Positions 13,143-26,030 of a stretch of 64,000 nucleotides of DNA are shown piece after piece. The notes under the pieces are model-generated. The model did not search any database, was not told the DNA's origin, and worked only from the letters and a program-made list of their open reading frames with translations. The position numbers and the translations under genes were made by a program. Source of the DNA: Octopus vulgaris (Eukaryota); contig OX597817.1 of NCBI GenBank assembly GCA_951406725.2, positions 121,148,001 through 121,212,000 on the forward strand, given 5' to 3'. How positions within the stretch are numbered: position 1 is the stretch's first letter; each line of letters begins with the position of its first letter.

Positions 13143-14697
13143 AGATCGCCAGAAGGGAGGCCAGGAGACAGGTTTACTTAGACAGAGGGGATGCCAACAT
13201 TCTGCGATGTGAGGACCAGTGATTTGAAGTGTTTCAGATTGCAAAACAGCATGTGAGAGAGAATCGTGATGTCATAAGAGAGAAATGTGTCAGTATGGAT
13301 GATGGCTCACTTGCATTTGATGATACTGCAAAGAGAGAGACTTAGAGATGCCACAATGAAAGGTTACTGAATGAAGAGAATGAATGGGAGAAAGACGGTC
13401 TGTCAAATGTTGACCCAACTGAGGGACTAGCTAGATGAATTGACAGTACCTTGGTAGATAAAGCAATTAAGACAGGGAAAGCCCCTGGCCCATCAGGAAT
13501 TACTGCTGAGATGCTTAAAATATCTGGTGGTGTAAGCTACAGTCTAGTCACCCATATAATCAACCAGGTGATACATGAATGTGTCATACCCAGTGACTGA
13601 TGTAACAGCACCATGATCAACTGCTGCAATGGTAAAGGTGATACATTAGATACGAATAATTACAGAGGTATCAAATTGTTGGATCAGGTGATGAAAGTTA
13701 CGGAGAGGGTCATAGACCAACTAATTAGAGAGAGAGTTAGTCTACACGAGATGCAGTTTGGGTTTGTAACAAGGAGAAGCACCACTAATGCTATGTTTCT
13801 GGAAAGACAGCTGCAAGAGAAATTCCAAACCAAAGATAAAACTCTGTACTTGGCTTTTGTTGACATGGAGAAAGCCTTTGACTGGATCTGCTGATCCCTT
13901 ATCTGGTGGTCAATGCAGAAACTATGGATAGATGAGTGACTGGTGAGAGCCATACAAGCCATGTACATAGATGCTGCCAGTAAGGTGAGGATTGGCAATG
14001 AATATAGTGAAGACATCTGAATAGTAGTAGGGGTTCGTCAAGGATCAGTCCTCAGGCTCTTCTTATTCATTATAGTCCTCCAGGCAATTACAGAGGAATC
14101 CAAGACAGGATGCCCCTGTGAGCATCTATGCTGCTGACCTTGCTCTAATAGCTGTGTCACTATCAGAACTAGAGAAGAAGTTTCAGGTGTGGAAGCAAGG
14201 TCTAGAATCAAAGGGCCTTAGAGTCAATTTAGCAAAAACCAAGGTCTTAGTAAGTAAGAAGGCAGACAAATCACAAATCCCTTCAGATAGATGGCCTTGC
14301 TTGTTCTGTAGAAAAGGTATAGGTAGAAAATTCCATAAAATGTACCCAGTGTAAGCTATGGACACATAAGAGGTACAGCAGCATCAGAGGAAGGTTAACT
14401 GGGAAGATAATTTTTGTGTGTGGGATGCACAGGGGCAATAAACACTGAAGATATACAGAAAACAGATTCCATCACATGCCAAGGGTAGAAACTAGAAGTA
14501 GTTGATAGCTTCTATTTCCTGGGTGACCAAGTCAGTTGTGGGGGTGGATGCTCTGAGAGTATAGCTGCTAGAATAAGAATAGCCTGCGCATAGTTCAGAG
14601 AGCTCTACCTCTGCTGGTAACATAGGGCTTCTTAATCAGAGTGAAAGGTAGACTGTATGATGCATGTGTGTGAACAGCCATGCTACACCACAGTGAA
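13142..14697 (+). pseudogene. RTE-clade LINE RT fragment (truncated at both ends, with stops and frameshifts)
   Basis: NNYRGIKLL, MQFGF, LAFVDMEKAFD, GVRQGSVL, YAADLALIA (degenerate YADD), LRVNLAKTKVL in the ORF track and adjacent frames. Confidence 0.92.
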
Positions 14698-14779
14698 TCT
14701 TTTGGAGATATGCTGTACTTGAGAACACCAGGCAAGCCAAGTGAGATGGTAACTGTGGCCAATGCCAGTGCCACATAAC

Positions 14780-15066
14780 CCCAGGACTTATTCTTTGTAA
14801 GCCTAGTGCTTATTCTATCAGTCTCTCTTGCCAAACCGCTAGGTAACAGGGATGTAAACACACCAGCATCAGTTGTCAAGCGATGTTTGGGGGACAAACA
14901 CAGCCACACAAACATATGCATACGTCATATATATATATATATATATATATACGACGGGCTTCTTTCAGCTTCTGTCTACCAAATCCACTCACAAGGTTTT
15001 AGAAGGCTATAGAAGAAGACACTTGCCCAAGGTGCCACACAATGGGATTAAACCCGGAACCATGTG
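14780..15066 (-). mobile_element. SINE family A, partial
   Basis: ccccaggacttattctttgtaagcc...gacacttgcccaaggtgcc. Confidence 0.85.
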
Positions 15067-15184
15067 TGAGTGTGCATATATGTATATATATGTGTATGTA
15101 TGTGTGGCGGTGCCCCAGCATGGCCACAGCTCGTGAGCTGAAACTGGATGAAATGAAATATATATACATATATATATATGAAAC

Positions 15185-15325
15185 AAGGTTTGAAAACGCA
15201 ATTTTAAAAGATGTTTATTTATTTTACCGGTTTCACTCTTTGGAAAAAGATTGTGACAATTTTTTTCCAAAGAGTGAAACCGGTCAAGTAAATAAACACC
15301 TTTTAAAATTGCATTTTCAAATCTT
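15185..15325. repeat. ~140-bp near-perfect palindrome carrying the hammerhead 3' motif GAAACCGGTC
   Basis: Arms tttgaaaacgcaattttaaaag...ttgt / acaa...cttttaaaattgcattttcaaa centred on 15255. Confidence 0.9.
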
Positions 15326-15374
15326 CTTTGGTATATAATTCCACTCGTGCGGTACACTACAACTCCACTTTGTT

Positions 15375-15429
15375 ATACATATATATATATATATATGTAT
15401 ATATGTGTGTGTGTGTGTATATATATGTG

Positions 15430-15466
<37 letters not shown>

Positions 15467-15980
15467 ATATATATGTGTATGTGTACATATATATACATAT
15501 ATATATATATATACATGTATATATATATACATATATATATATATATACACATACACATATACACACACACATATACACAGCCAGACAGAGACACATATAA
15601 ACTTGCCTTTATTTTTATGTTCAAGTGTTTGTGTATATCTGTATAAATATATATGAGATGTAAAGAATATGTTGGAAAGAAGATTCCGCACAAAAGTCAC
15701 CAGACCATATACATATATATTAGAAGATATTAATTTCCAATGTCTCTAGATTTGAAGGATTGTGTTTATCAACCCTCATCGAATTAATATAAGTAAACCA
15801 TCACTTATGTCACCCAGAGAAAGTTTTGAGATTTGGCTTCGGCAAAAATCAGATCACTATTTCTTCAAACGAATGTTGCCTATTTAAACAAAATATATTT
15901 ATAGTAAATCAATTGAAACAAGGTACCTGAAACACAAAATATTACGTGATGTCTTTCACCACTTTTGCCTTTAAACATAT

Positions 15981-16019
<39 letters not shown>

Positions 16020-16214
16020 ATATTTTAAAAACTCATACAGTATATATGCAAATATATTTATATAAGTATGTATATGTGTATATATACATATAAGTATGTA
16101 TATGTGTATATATATAAATAAATATATATATATATATGCATTCATATATATATGTGTGTGTGTGTATATATGCATACATATATATGTATATATGCATATG
16201 TAAATATAGATGTA

Positions 16215-16254
<40 letters not shown>

Positions 16255-16308
16255 GCCTACATATGTGTCTATGAGAATTGTATATACATACACTCACACA
16301 AACAGATA

Positions 16309-16355
<47 letters not shown>
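15375..16355. repeat. (TA)n/(TG)n/(CA)n compound microsatellite block with a unique ~330-bp spacer
   Basis: Direct reading. Confidence 0.85.
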
Positions 16356-16739
16356 TAGCATTCTACCAGTTAAAAATGATGCTGCTTTTTCAGCCTCCTT
16401 TCAGCAATTCATAAAATTTCTTTACAGCTCTTTTGTCGGTTTTTCTATTTCATTTTGTCCTTTTACCATTAGATGCATCATACTTTCCTACACACTCTGC
16501 GATTAGTGCCACTCTCTATTTTCTCTTTTCTCTTTTACTTGACACAGTCATTTGACTGCAGCCATGCTAGAGCACCACCTTTAATCAATCAACTTCACCT
16601 CAGGACTTATTCTTTGTAAGCCCAGTACTTATTCTATTGGTCTCTTTTGCTGAACCGTTAAGTAACGGGGACATAAACACACCAGCATCGGTTGTCAAGC
16701 AATGCTTGGGGGACAAACACAGACACACAAACACACACA

Positions 16740-16781
<42 letters not shown>

Positions 16782-16821
16782 GATAAATCTCAGAGCGAGT
16801 TATAAACAGTAGCGGTAACAC

Positions 16822-17128
16822 ATCGTGATGCACATATGCCATTTGAATATGGCTAACCCATAAAAAGTATATGTATTTGTGAAGGGATCTGACTTCTCGT
16901 CGACAACCATGATTGTCACACGCTGATGAAAGGTAAACACCTTGAACCTCGGGTACGTGTGTATCATGTGTTGAAGACGGGTAGGATGACTCCCCTTCAC
17001 AAATACTGACAGGACACAGATAGTGTGTCTATGGCCAGCTGGAGGAGATATCTTCCTGGGGCTACAAACTACAGTAGCATCCACCCTTATGGGTTAGCCA
17101 TATTCTAATGGCATATGTGCATCACGAT
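16822..17128. mobile_element. Fold-back element with 42-bp inverted repeats (1 mismatch)
   Basis: 16822-16863 atcgtgatgcacatatgccatttgaatatggctaacccataa vs 17087-17128. Confidence 0.9.
16917..16961 (+). ncRNA. Type I hammerhead ribozyme motif (A15.1 appears changed to C)
   Basis: cacacg-CTGATGA-aaggt(aaac)acctt-GAAc-ctcgg-GTA-cgtgtg: perfect 6-bp helix I, 5-bp helix II, short near-palindromic helix III. Confidence 0.75.
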
Positions 17129-17372
17129 ATATATATATATATATATACATACATATATACGATGGGCTTCTTTGAGTCTCCGTCTACCAAATCCACTCTC
17201 AAGGCTTTGGTCTGCCCGAGGCTATAGTAGAAGACACTTGCCCAAGGTGCCACACAGTGGGACTGAACCCGGAACTATGTGGTTGGTAAACAAGATACTT
17301 ACCACACAGCCACTCCTGCGCTACCTCACATTCTTCATTAGCTTTCCTCTTTCTCTCTCTCCTTCTCTCTAT

Positions 17373-17409
<37 letters not shown>

Positions 17410-17979
17410 AAAATATATACATACATACATATCTTTTGCTTTCACCACTCACTCATTTCAGTCATTGGACTATGGCCATGCTTTCTCCAACATTCAAAAT
17501 CTGTCTCCATCTCTTCCCTTCCTTTCATACTGCCTCTTCCACCACTTCTATATCATATACAAATATCTTTGCCTCTGTCTCTCTCTCTCTCCCTATTATT
17601 CAAATTTCTGTTATATCAATGCCTTATAATCATAATTCCTCTCCCTTGTGAAGAGCTCTGTTTTTCCTCTTCTCACCTTATTTCTCTTCCTCATGGAATC
17701 TTTTTCCATCTCACACTTACTTCCAATCCATACTTTATTTCTCTTTCTGCTCACTTGATTGTTAGATGACAGTTAACTATTTCTTTTTCTTCTTCCATTC
17801 CAATCTGTCAATCTTTCACCTAACCATTTATTTATCAAATCTATTTTTCTTTATCGCAGTTCTACCTCTCGCAGCCCAGCTGCTGCTTTCTTCTGCCATG
17901 CAAGTGAGAGGAAACCCCCCAAAAATTAAATAAATAAAAATGGATATGTGACTTAGTTGGCATTTTAAATATGAAAAGT

Positions 17980-18414
17980 GTGTGTATATATTTATATTTA
18001 TATATATCTATATATATATAACACATATACACATTCATACACAAACATTTTCCATAAATTTATACGTATACAAACAAACATGTATTTATAAATAAATGTA
18101 TGTATATAATTATATACATATATATACACACACACACACATATATATATACGTACACACACATATATATACACATATACATACACACACATATATATACA
18201 TATGTACATATACATATATATATACACACACATATATATATATGTACACACATATATATATACACATACACACACATATATATACATATGTACATATACA
18301 TATATATACACATATATATACACACACACACGCATATATATATATATAAATATATCTATATATATATATATACATATATACACATATATATATACACACA
18401 CATGCATATATACA

Positions 18415-18456
<42 letters not shown>

Positions 18457-18460
18457 ATGT
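17980..18460. repeat. (TA)n/(CA)n compound microsatellite
   Basis: Direct reading. Confidence 0.9.
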
Positions 18461-18840
18461 ACATGAGATTCTACTCCATCCACATCTATTTCCTTAGTCA
18501 TAAAATATTAATATGTTAGCTTTACCTTCTGTCTTGGGACATCCATAACTTGCGAGGCTTATTCAGTCTTGGAATCAACCTGAAAATATTCAATTGAAAA
18601 CATTAAACATAACTTTCAGCCAACACAAAGTCAAATGAGGGAATTTAGAAATTTATTTATTTATGTATTTCATATAAATATATATAATGTCTTCTTGTAG
18701 AGATTGATTCATTCTCTTAATGTATTTCTGCAATAATACCGTTTCCCAGAATACAAAACTTCTAATGTGCAAGTTGCTATGAGGGAGAAAAAAACTTACA
18801 AAAATTAAGGCAGTCATCAAAGATGTGTGTGTGTATTTAT

Positions 18841-18873
<33 letters not shown>

Positions 18874-19509
18874 ATATTCTCTGTGCATGTATACTTGAAG
18901 ATGCATATGTGTTTATTATCGTTTTGGGAGGGGGAGTCTTTTTTTTTTTGAGATTTTAACATTGAATAGAGAAAATCTTTTCTCATCTCAATAGCATGGA
19001 AAGTAAAAGTAAATGAAGAAAAAATATGCACCAATTAAATAGATTCTAGATAATTCTATAAATAAAGGTAAAATTAAAAGCTTCTTAAATTATAAGCTTC
19101 TTTTTAAAAGCATCCCAAAGTTTATAATAAAATGTGTTGCCTAAAGACTTACAGAAATAAAAGAAAGCTGAGTGCCAGTATTTGCTGATTGCATCTGAGG
19201 AAGCTCATTGAATATGACAGAATAAAGAAAAAATATATTTTACTGCAAAGCTCAAGAGAACTCATTTTAGATTTGCAATACTCTTATATTAATTTAGATT
19301 CTTTTATTTAGAAAAAAAAAATACATGTTAGTTTCAAGAAAGGTTTAATTGAAGAATGCATTTTCCCAATTTAAAGAATACAGTGTACAGCCAAAATTGT
19401 ATAAAAGCAGATTGCTATTTAGAAATCAAATTCATATTTCCTTATTTCTTTGTTGATGCATTAGAACATGATACCAGTAAAGGGGTAAAATTGATGCAGA
19501 TGTTGCTTA

Positions 19510-19725
19510 AACTTTGTGCATTTAAACCAGCCCAAATATTGCATCTGTTTTATGTCCAGACCATCCAGATCCGACCTCTCACACATACTCCACAATGTTA
19601 TTCTAAAAATAAACAATTGCATCATCAAAATAAATCATAAAGCCATGAGAATATGTTCAATCAGTTCAAAATATTGTGAATAAATAAGTATAACATTTGA
19701 CAGATCTATTTGGGTGCTAAAGCAT
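19510..19725 (-). mobile_element. MITE-like repeat, reverse copy of 51337-51558
   Basis: gcatttaaaccagcccaaatatt...ctgttttatgtcca...ctctcacacatac matches the reverse of 51470-51558. Confidence 0.5.
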
Positions 19726-19851
19726 CAGCCTTTTTGATACAACTCTATCTAAGACCGACCCCGGTTTTATCATACAAATGTCATGTTTTAAAGTGATCCA
19801 AATTAATATCTTCCATCGAAATTTCATGTTAGTTTATGTTCCAATCAAGAT

Positions 19852-20068
19852 GGTAAGGTGGCAGAATGGTTAGCATGCCAGGTGAAATGCTCAGCAACAT
19901 TTCATCCATCTTTACATCCTGAGTTCAAGCTCTGGTTCTGCCATCGTTGACTTTGCTTTTCATCCTTTCAGCGTTGATAAAATAAGCACCAGTAAAACAC
20001 TGGGGTCAGTGAATTCAATTTATCTCCTTCCCTCAAAACTGCTGGCCTTCTATCAATATTTGAAAGCA
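19852..20068 (+). mobile_element. SINE family B with probable TSD
   Basis: Family motifs; flanked by tttatgttccaa / tttatgtttcaa. Confidence 0.8.
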
Positions 20069-20389
20069 ATTTATGTTTCAAACACAAGCTTAACAATGAC
20101 GAAGTTATTTTACTAAATTCTTTATTATTTAAAAAATTACTTGAAACAGAGAGGCAGTGTCTTTCAACAGAAATATATTACCAAATTGATGTATCCCAAA
20201 TTCTCTCTGATCTAGCATATCTATTTAATGAAAGCCATTCAAGCCATTAGCAACACTTGTTTTTAAGTAATATAGTCCTGTAATATTATCCAATGTCTTT
20301 TTTTTTTAAGATGGTATGATGTAGTTTGAGTGAGATTAAGCCATTATTTCTACCATGCTAAACAATCCATCTCTGGTTAGCTTATCGTT

Positions 20390-20945
20390 CATCTTTTACT
20401 TGTTTCAGTCACCAGACTGTAGCCATGCTGGGGCACTGCCTTAAAGAATTTTAGTCAAATGAATCAACACTAGTGCTTATTTTTTTAAAACTTGGTACTT
20501 ATTCTATCAGTCTCGTTTGCCAATCCACTAAGTTATGGGGATTTAAAGACACCAATACTGGTTGTCAAGCAGTATATGTATCAGTATCATTTAGTGTCCA
20601 TTTTCCATGCTGGCATGTGTTAGATGGTTTACCTGGAACTGGTGATCCAGAGGGCTGCACTAAGCTCTAGTCTGTTCTGGCTTGATTTCTATGGCTGGAT
20701 GCCCTTCAAAACAACAACCACTCCTCAGAGTGTACTAGATGCCGTTTATGTCTCACTGGCATGGGTACCTTTAATGTGTCACTGGCATGGGTGTCATTTA
20801 TGTGTCACTGACAATGAACTGCTTTCAGTTTCCATCTCCCAAATTCACTCACAAGGCTTTAATCAACTTGAGGTTATAGTGGAAGACACTTGCCAAAGGT
20901 GCCACACAAAGGGACTAACCCTGAAACCATGTAGTTATGAAGCAG
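20390..20945 (-). mobile_element. SINE A with a nested SINE C fragment
   Basis: SINE A tail 20390-20575, SINE C 20585-20815, SINE A head 20820-20945. Confidence 0.7.
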
Positions 20946-21296
20946 ACCTCAAAAACCTAACTTTGCATATATGCCCATGTATACCATTTATTTATATTTA
21001 CTTACAACTGCAGTTTAGGGAGTCAAATCCCTCATTATACAAAGAAATATGTATTTGTCCATCCCTAGCAACTATTATTTATTTATTCATGTATCTATTT
21101 ATTTATTTATTTTAATTTGCTAGATTGAAATACTAAAGAATATTTCAGGATTTCAAGCTGAGGATTAAAAAAATTGTGAATACCTGTAAAATAAAATTTC
21201 TTCTGAATGGCTTTTTGTCAAGAGAAAAATTTTATTTTCTTAAGTAATAGTAAAGAAGGAAAACAAAGATAGAAATAAACTATATATCATTTAAAA

Positions 21297-21502
21297 CAAT
21301 GGTTCTCAACCAAGGTCCATTTTGGCCTTGGGGGGTCCATATAAGATTTTGTTAAAATTTATCTGCAATAAATTAGTTATACTTCTACAATACAATAATT
21401 TAACAATTTTTTTATATAATTTCTAATAACATTTTAAATACTGAGGGGCCATCAAAATAAAATAAGAATCAAAACGGTCCATTGACAAAAAAAGAAATGG
21501 TT
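21297..21502. mobile_element. Possible hAT-like MITE remnant
   Basis: Begins caatggttctcaacc, similar to the hAT/Charlie terminus CAGTGGTTCTCAAC; right end degenerate. Confidence 0.35.
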
Positions 21503-21719
21503 TTTACCATCATCCACCAACAAACAAAAGCTATATCTGATTTATTACCATGTTTTGTCGATTTCCTTGTTATCTTGTTATGCCCTTAGTGGCACTATAA
21601 AATCATCAGTGAATATAATATTGATGTATCTTCTTACAACTAGTTTAACAATATAGCTACATAGGAGGTATGTTATGATCTCTGAATCAATGTTCTGAAC
21701 TGGTTATGGAACACTACAT

Positions 21720-22010
21720 CTGTATGTATGTATCTATGTATATATAAAGATATATATATATATATTTATGTATATATATGTATATATGTGTATATATATG
21801 TATATATATATGGATCTATACATACATATATATATATATATATATACACGTATATATACATATGTACATATGGATGCATATATATATGGACGTGTATATA
21901 TTTATAATGATATATATGCACCCATATGTACATATGTATATATCCATATATATATATATATGTATATATCCATATATATATATATGTGTGTGTGTATATG
22001 TGTGTGTGTT
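21720..22010. repeat. (TA)n-rich compound microsatellite
   Basis: Direct reading. Confidence 0.9.
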
Positions 22011-22574
22011 GGGGAAAAATAGAAGAATGAGGATGACTTGCAGTGAAGAACAAATGTGGAGATGAAGAGTAACAGAATAATAGTATGACCAGAATATGCA
22101 GAAGGCCTTCCTTGCTTTCTAAGATTAGTGAGGGTTGTTTGTTATAGCTTTGCTTATTTTCTATATACCAAATTTTGCTCACAAATTATTGGTTAACTCA
22201 AGGCTATAGTAGAAGATATTTGGCCAGAGCCTGTGCAGTGAAATTGAACCTAGAATCTGATAGTTAGTTGTGAAACATGTTTCTTAACTACACAATCATA
22301 CCTGCACCTATAAAAAGTGTGGTGTGTCAAACATTTTATTGGACACACACTGTCAGGAAATATAAGTTATAAACTTATGAACTGTGTTATCATGTGATAA
22401 ATATGAGATTCAGTATATATCAAACAGAAATCTTTTACAGCTCTTCTTAGATATTTGTAGATATTTGTATGCGTTTATTCATATTGACTGATACTTAGAA
22501 AGATGTATGTGTGCATGTAAACACATATATGTGCATGTAAACATGTGGGGAAGAGGACATTAAAGAATGAGGCT

Positions 22575-22650
22575 GATGATGATATATACATATATATATA
22601 TGATGTACATGATACATATATACACACATACACATACGTATGTATACGTG

Positions 22651-22682
<32 letters not shown>

Positions 22683-22962
22683 AGATATGGTATATATACG
22701 TATATATGTATGTGTGTGAGATGGTATATATAAGTATAAATGATGATGATGATATATATATATATCATCATTATTTATATTTATATATACTATATCACAC
22801 ACGATGATGATATATATATATGTTGTACATGATACATACATACACATATACACATTTGTATATATATGTATATATATATGTGTGTGACTGTGTGTGAGAT
22901 ATGGTACATGTACGTATACATGTGTGTGTGTGAGATGGTATATATAAATATAAATGATGATG

Positions 22963-22985
<23 letters not shown>
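22575..22985. repeat. Direct duplication of a ~190-bp compound microsatellite unit
   Basis: gatgatgatata...tgtacatgatacata...gagatatggt...gagatggtatatataa occurs at ~22575 and ~22803. Confidence 0.75.
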
Positions 22986-23008
<23 letters not shown>

Positions 23009-23959
23009 CCCGTCCAACCCATGCTAGCATGGAAAACGGACGTTAAACGATGATGATGATGATATATTCACAATCCATCTATCTATCTATCTATCTGTCT
23101 ATCTATCAATCAATCTATCTAACTTCTAAATTCACATGCTTGTTTTGCATGTATATTTATTGGGATATTTCTTCTTGACCAAATGAAGATAATTTGAGAG
23201 AAAGAATGGATATATATGAGTGTATATTTATGTATGTGTGTATGTGTGTGCATATGTGTACGTTTGAAAAAGAGATAAAAAGTAAAAAGAATGAGTGTGT
23301 ATAATGTATGTGCTTCTTCAAGAGGAGGATATGTGAATAACATCAGCTTCTCTAAGAAAGTGAAAATACAGAGAGAGAGAGAGAGAGAGAAACAGACAGG
23401 CAAAGACAGAGAGATAGAGAGAAGGGGAGACAGAGAAAGAAAGAATGAAAGAGAGAGTGGAGGAAGAGAGAGAGAAAGAAAGAAAGAGAGAGACGTTCTA
23501 CACTCCAGCTGAAAAATTTGATTCTTCTGTATTCATTTTATGATTTTTTTGTTTGTGAGTAAGGGTGTGCTATTTTTCTTAAATAAGAAAGAAATAGCTT
23601 ATTTTTACTTTATTATGAACCATAGTATTTATAATGTCAGAAATCTATTCGAACCAATGATTAATCATAGCAATAATTTGTGAAGGGTTTTCAAATTCAA
23701 GCTAAATAAAAAATAGACAAATAAATAAAATATATAACATAACTAATCTATCAAAAGTTAAAACAAAAACAAAACAAAAATACCTCCACAAATCCAAACC
23801 TGTTGAACCATAGTAACTTGTTGATCTAAAATACTAGATGCCATATCTACACTCCAATGATTTATTCTAAGAACAAGAAGAAATTTCTTCAGAATAAAAT
23901 ATAAAATATTATAAAATGTAATAAAACGAGTGGAAAAAATGGCAGTTTGAATTCATCTA

Positions 23960-24430
23960 ATTTATTTTGAAAAATTGTTATTTTGTCTTATATTTTTATT
24001 TTGACTTATTTTGATAGAGTATTAGTTATGTTTTCTATTTTATATACATTTTATATGTATTTTATGTATATTTTATATTTTAGCTTGTTTTGATAAAGTA
24101 GTGTTTTTTAATTTGTATTTTATATTTTAATATTTTGATGTAATTTTTCTATTTTCTATTTTATGTTTTGATTTATTTTGATAAAATCTTATTTTTAAAA
24201 TTTATTTTATATTTTTGAACTTATTTTCACAAATTTTTTGTTTTAATTTATATCTTATATTTTAACATATTTTGGTAAAATGCTATTTTTTCATTCATAT
24301 CTTATATTTTAAGATTTGAAAACATGCTATTTCTTGAAATATTTTTCACTTTACCTTATTTTAAGAAATGCTATTTAAAATAATTTTTAAAAATCATTTT
24401 AGTATCAGCTTTATATTTATTCAAATAATT
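23960..24430. repeat. T-rich low-complexity tract (degenerate ttttatatttt units)
   Basis: Direct reading. Confidence 0.7.
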
Positions 24431-25251
24431 ATCATTTTCCAATTAGTTTTTTTCTCTTTCTTCTCTTAAATTTAACATAAAGCTCAATGAATATAGACAT
24501 TCTTTTATTGTTTTGAACCATTATTTGTTATTTTTATTTGAGGAGGAAGGATTTTGCTTTTACTTTCAAATGGTGTTGTTTTCCAGCCTTCTCATTGGTT
24601 TAGATCAACTGGACCTGTGTTATATATATAAACATTAACCTCTCATAGTTAATTCACTTGCTTAGAGGAAGGAATTAACAACTTTTGTAAATAGCATTCA
24701 TAGGAATTACCAATTTCAGTTAAATTTCCTTCGCAAATTTTATTTCTAATTATACAAATTATACTAGCCAAAAATCATTTGTAACATTTTATCTGTACAA
24801 ATCTACATCAGCTGATCAACAAGCTTGAATAGACCAGCAGCTCACCCATTGATAAATGCCAATAAAAAACATATAAAATGAAAAAAAACATTAGCATAAT
24901 TTTTTGCTCCTTCCTTCATTATCAATGAGATGAGAAAAGATTTTTCATCCATATAATTATTTTTTCTTCCCCATGGTATTGGATAGCTTAAAACATTTTA
25001 AACTATTTAACTTTATTGAATATAGCAGTTTGTCAGCCTGAATTTTGACAAATTGGGGATTTTCATGAACAACGGTGTGTTAGACCAGTCAAGAGCAAGC
25101 TGCTGTCTACAGGACTCCCTGAATGGCACACCACCAAAAGATTATCTTGAATTCTTTTTTAATAATGCAGCCTGCCTGCTTATGCAACCTGCTTCCCAAA
25201 CAAGGTTGCTCACGCCTGTGTTGGACGTTACTATGTTGATGGGGTCTAATA

Positions 25252-25640
25252 TTCTTTTATTCTTTTACTTGTTTCAGTCATTTGACTGCAGCCATACTGG
25301 AGCACTGCCTTGAAGGGATTTAATTGAACAAATCGATCCTAGGACATTTCTTTAGTCTAGTACTTATTCTGTCAGTCTCCTTTGCTGAACCACAAGGTTA
25401 CAAGGATGTAAACATACCAACACTGGTTGTCAAGTGGTGATGGCAGCACAAACACACACACACACATACACACATGATGGTCTTCTTTCAGTTTCTGTCT
25501 ACCAAGTCCACTCACTAGGCTTTGGTTGGCATGAGGCTATACTAGAAGACACTTGCCCAAGATGCCATTCAGTGAGACTGAAACTGGAAACATGTGGTTG
25601 AGAAGCAAGCTTCTTACCACACAGCCACGCTTGCACCCAA
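25252..25640 (-). mobile_element. SINE family A, full length
   Basis: Head and tail motifs both present. Confidence 0.88.
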
Positions 25641-26030
25641 TAGGTCAAAATCTTTATATTGTTGTCCTGTGTGCAAACAATGACCAAACGTTTCTTCTCC
25701 TGATCATATTGATAATCAGTTGACCAGGTGCTCTGACATTTGACCAGTGTTCCAACCATACACTGTAATTTTTACTGTGCTGCATTTTGTCAATGATTAC
25801 ATTATCCAGTATATTCTTTATTCAAAAAATTGGTATGGTGAAATTTAACTGTTAATTCTATGGAGCCAAGTAAGTGCATAAATATTCCATCACCAGCTCC
25901 TTGTTGCTTTTGTGTAGACCGAGAGCAAGCAACTTGTATTGAAGAATTCTTTGTCCTGAGAGTAGATCCATCTTTCCTGTTAAACCAAGTTTCCACCTAA
26001 TTGAGAATCATACTGTTCAATCTAGCATGA
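25641..26030 (-). pseudogene. Very old LINE (RTE-like) 3' remnant
   Basis: Minus frame reads VWLEHWSNVRAPGQLIINMIRRRNVWS, loosely like the RTE C-terminal 'W....N..VR......I.RR.L.W' segment. Confidence 0.3.

Larger units (their letters stand above)
16525..17322 (-). mobile_element. SINE family A, interrupted in its internal (TA)n by a fold-back element
   Basis: Tail half 16525-16740 and head half ~17155-17322 flank the insert at 16780-17128. Confidence 0.9.

Noticed and set aside
17860-17903. Short exon after a long pyrimidine tract
   Set aside because: Weak donor, length not a multiple of three and no recognisable peptide
21555-21612. Minus-strand CTGATGA...GAAATCGAC hammerhead
   Set aside because: No UH cleavage triplet in register, no helix I and a weak helix II
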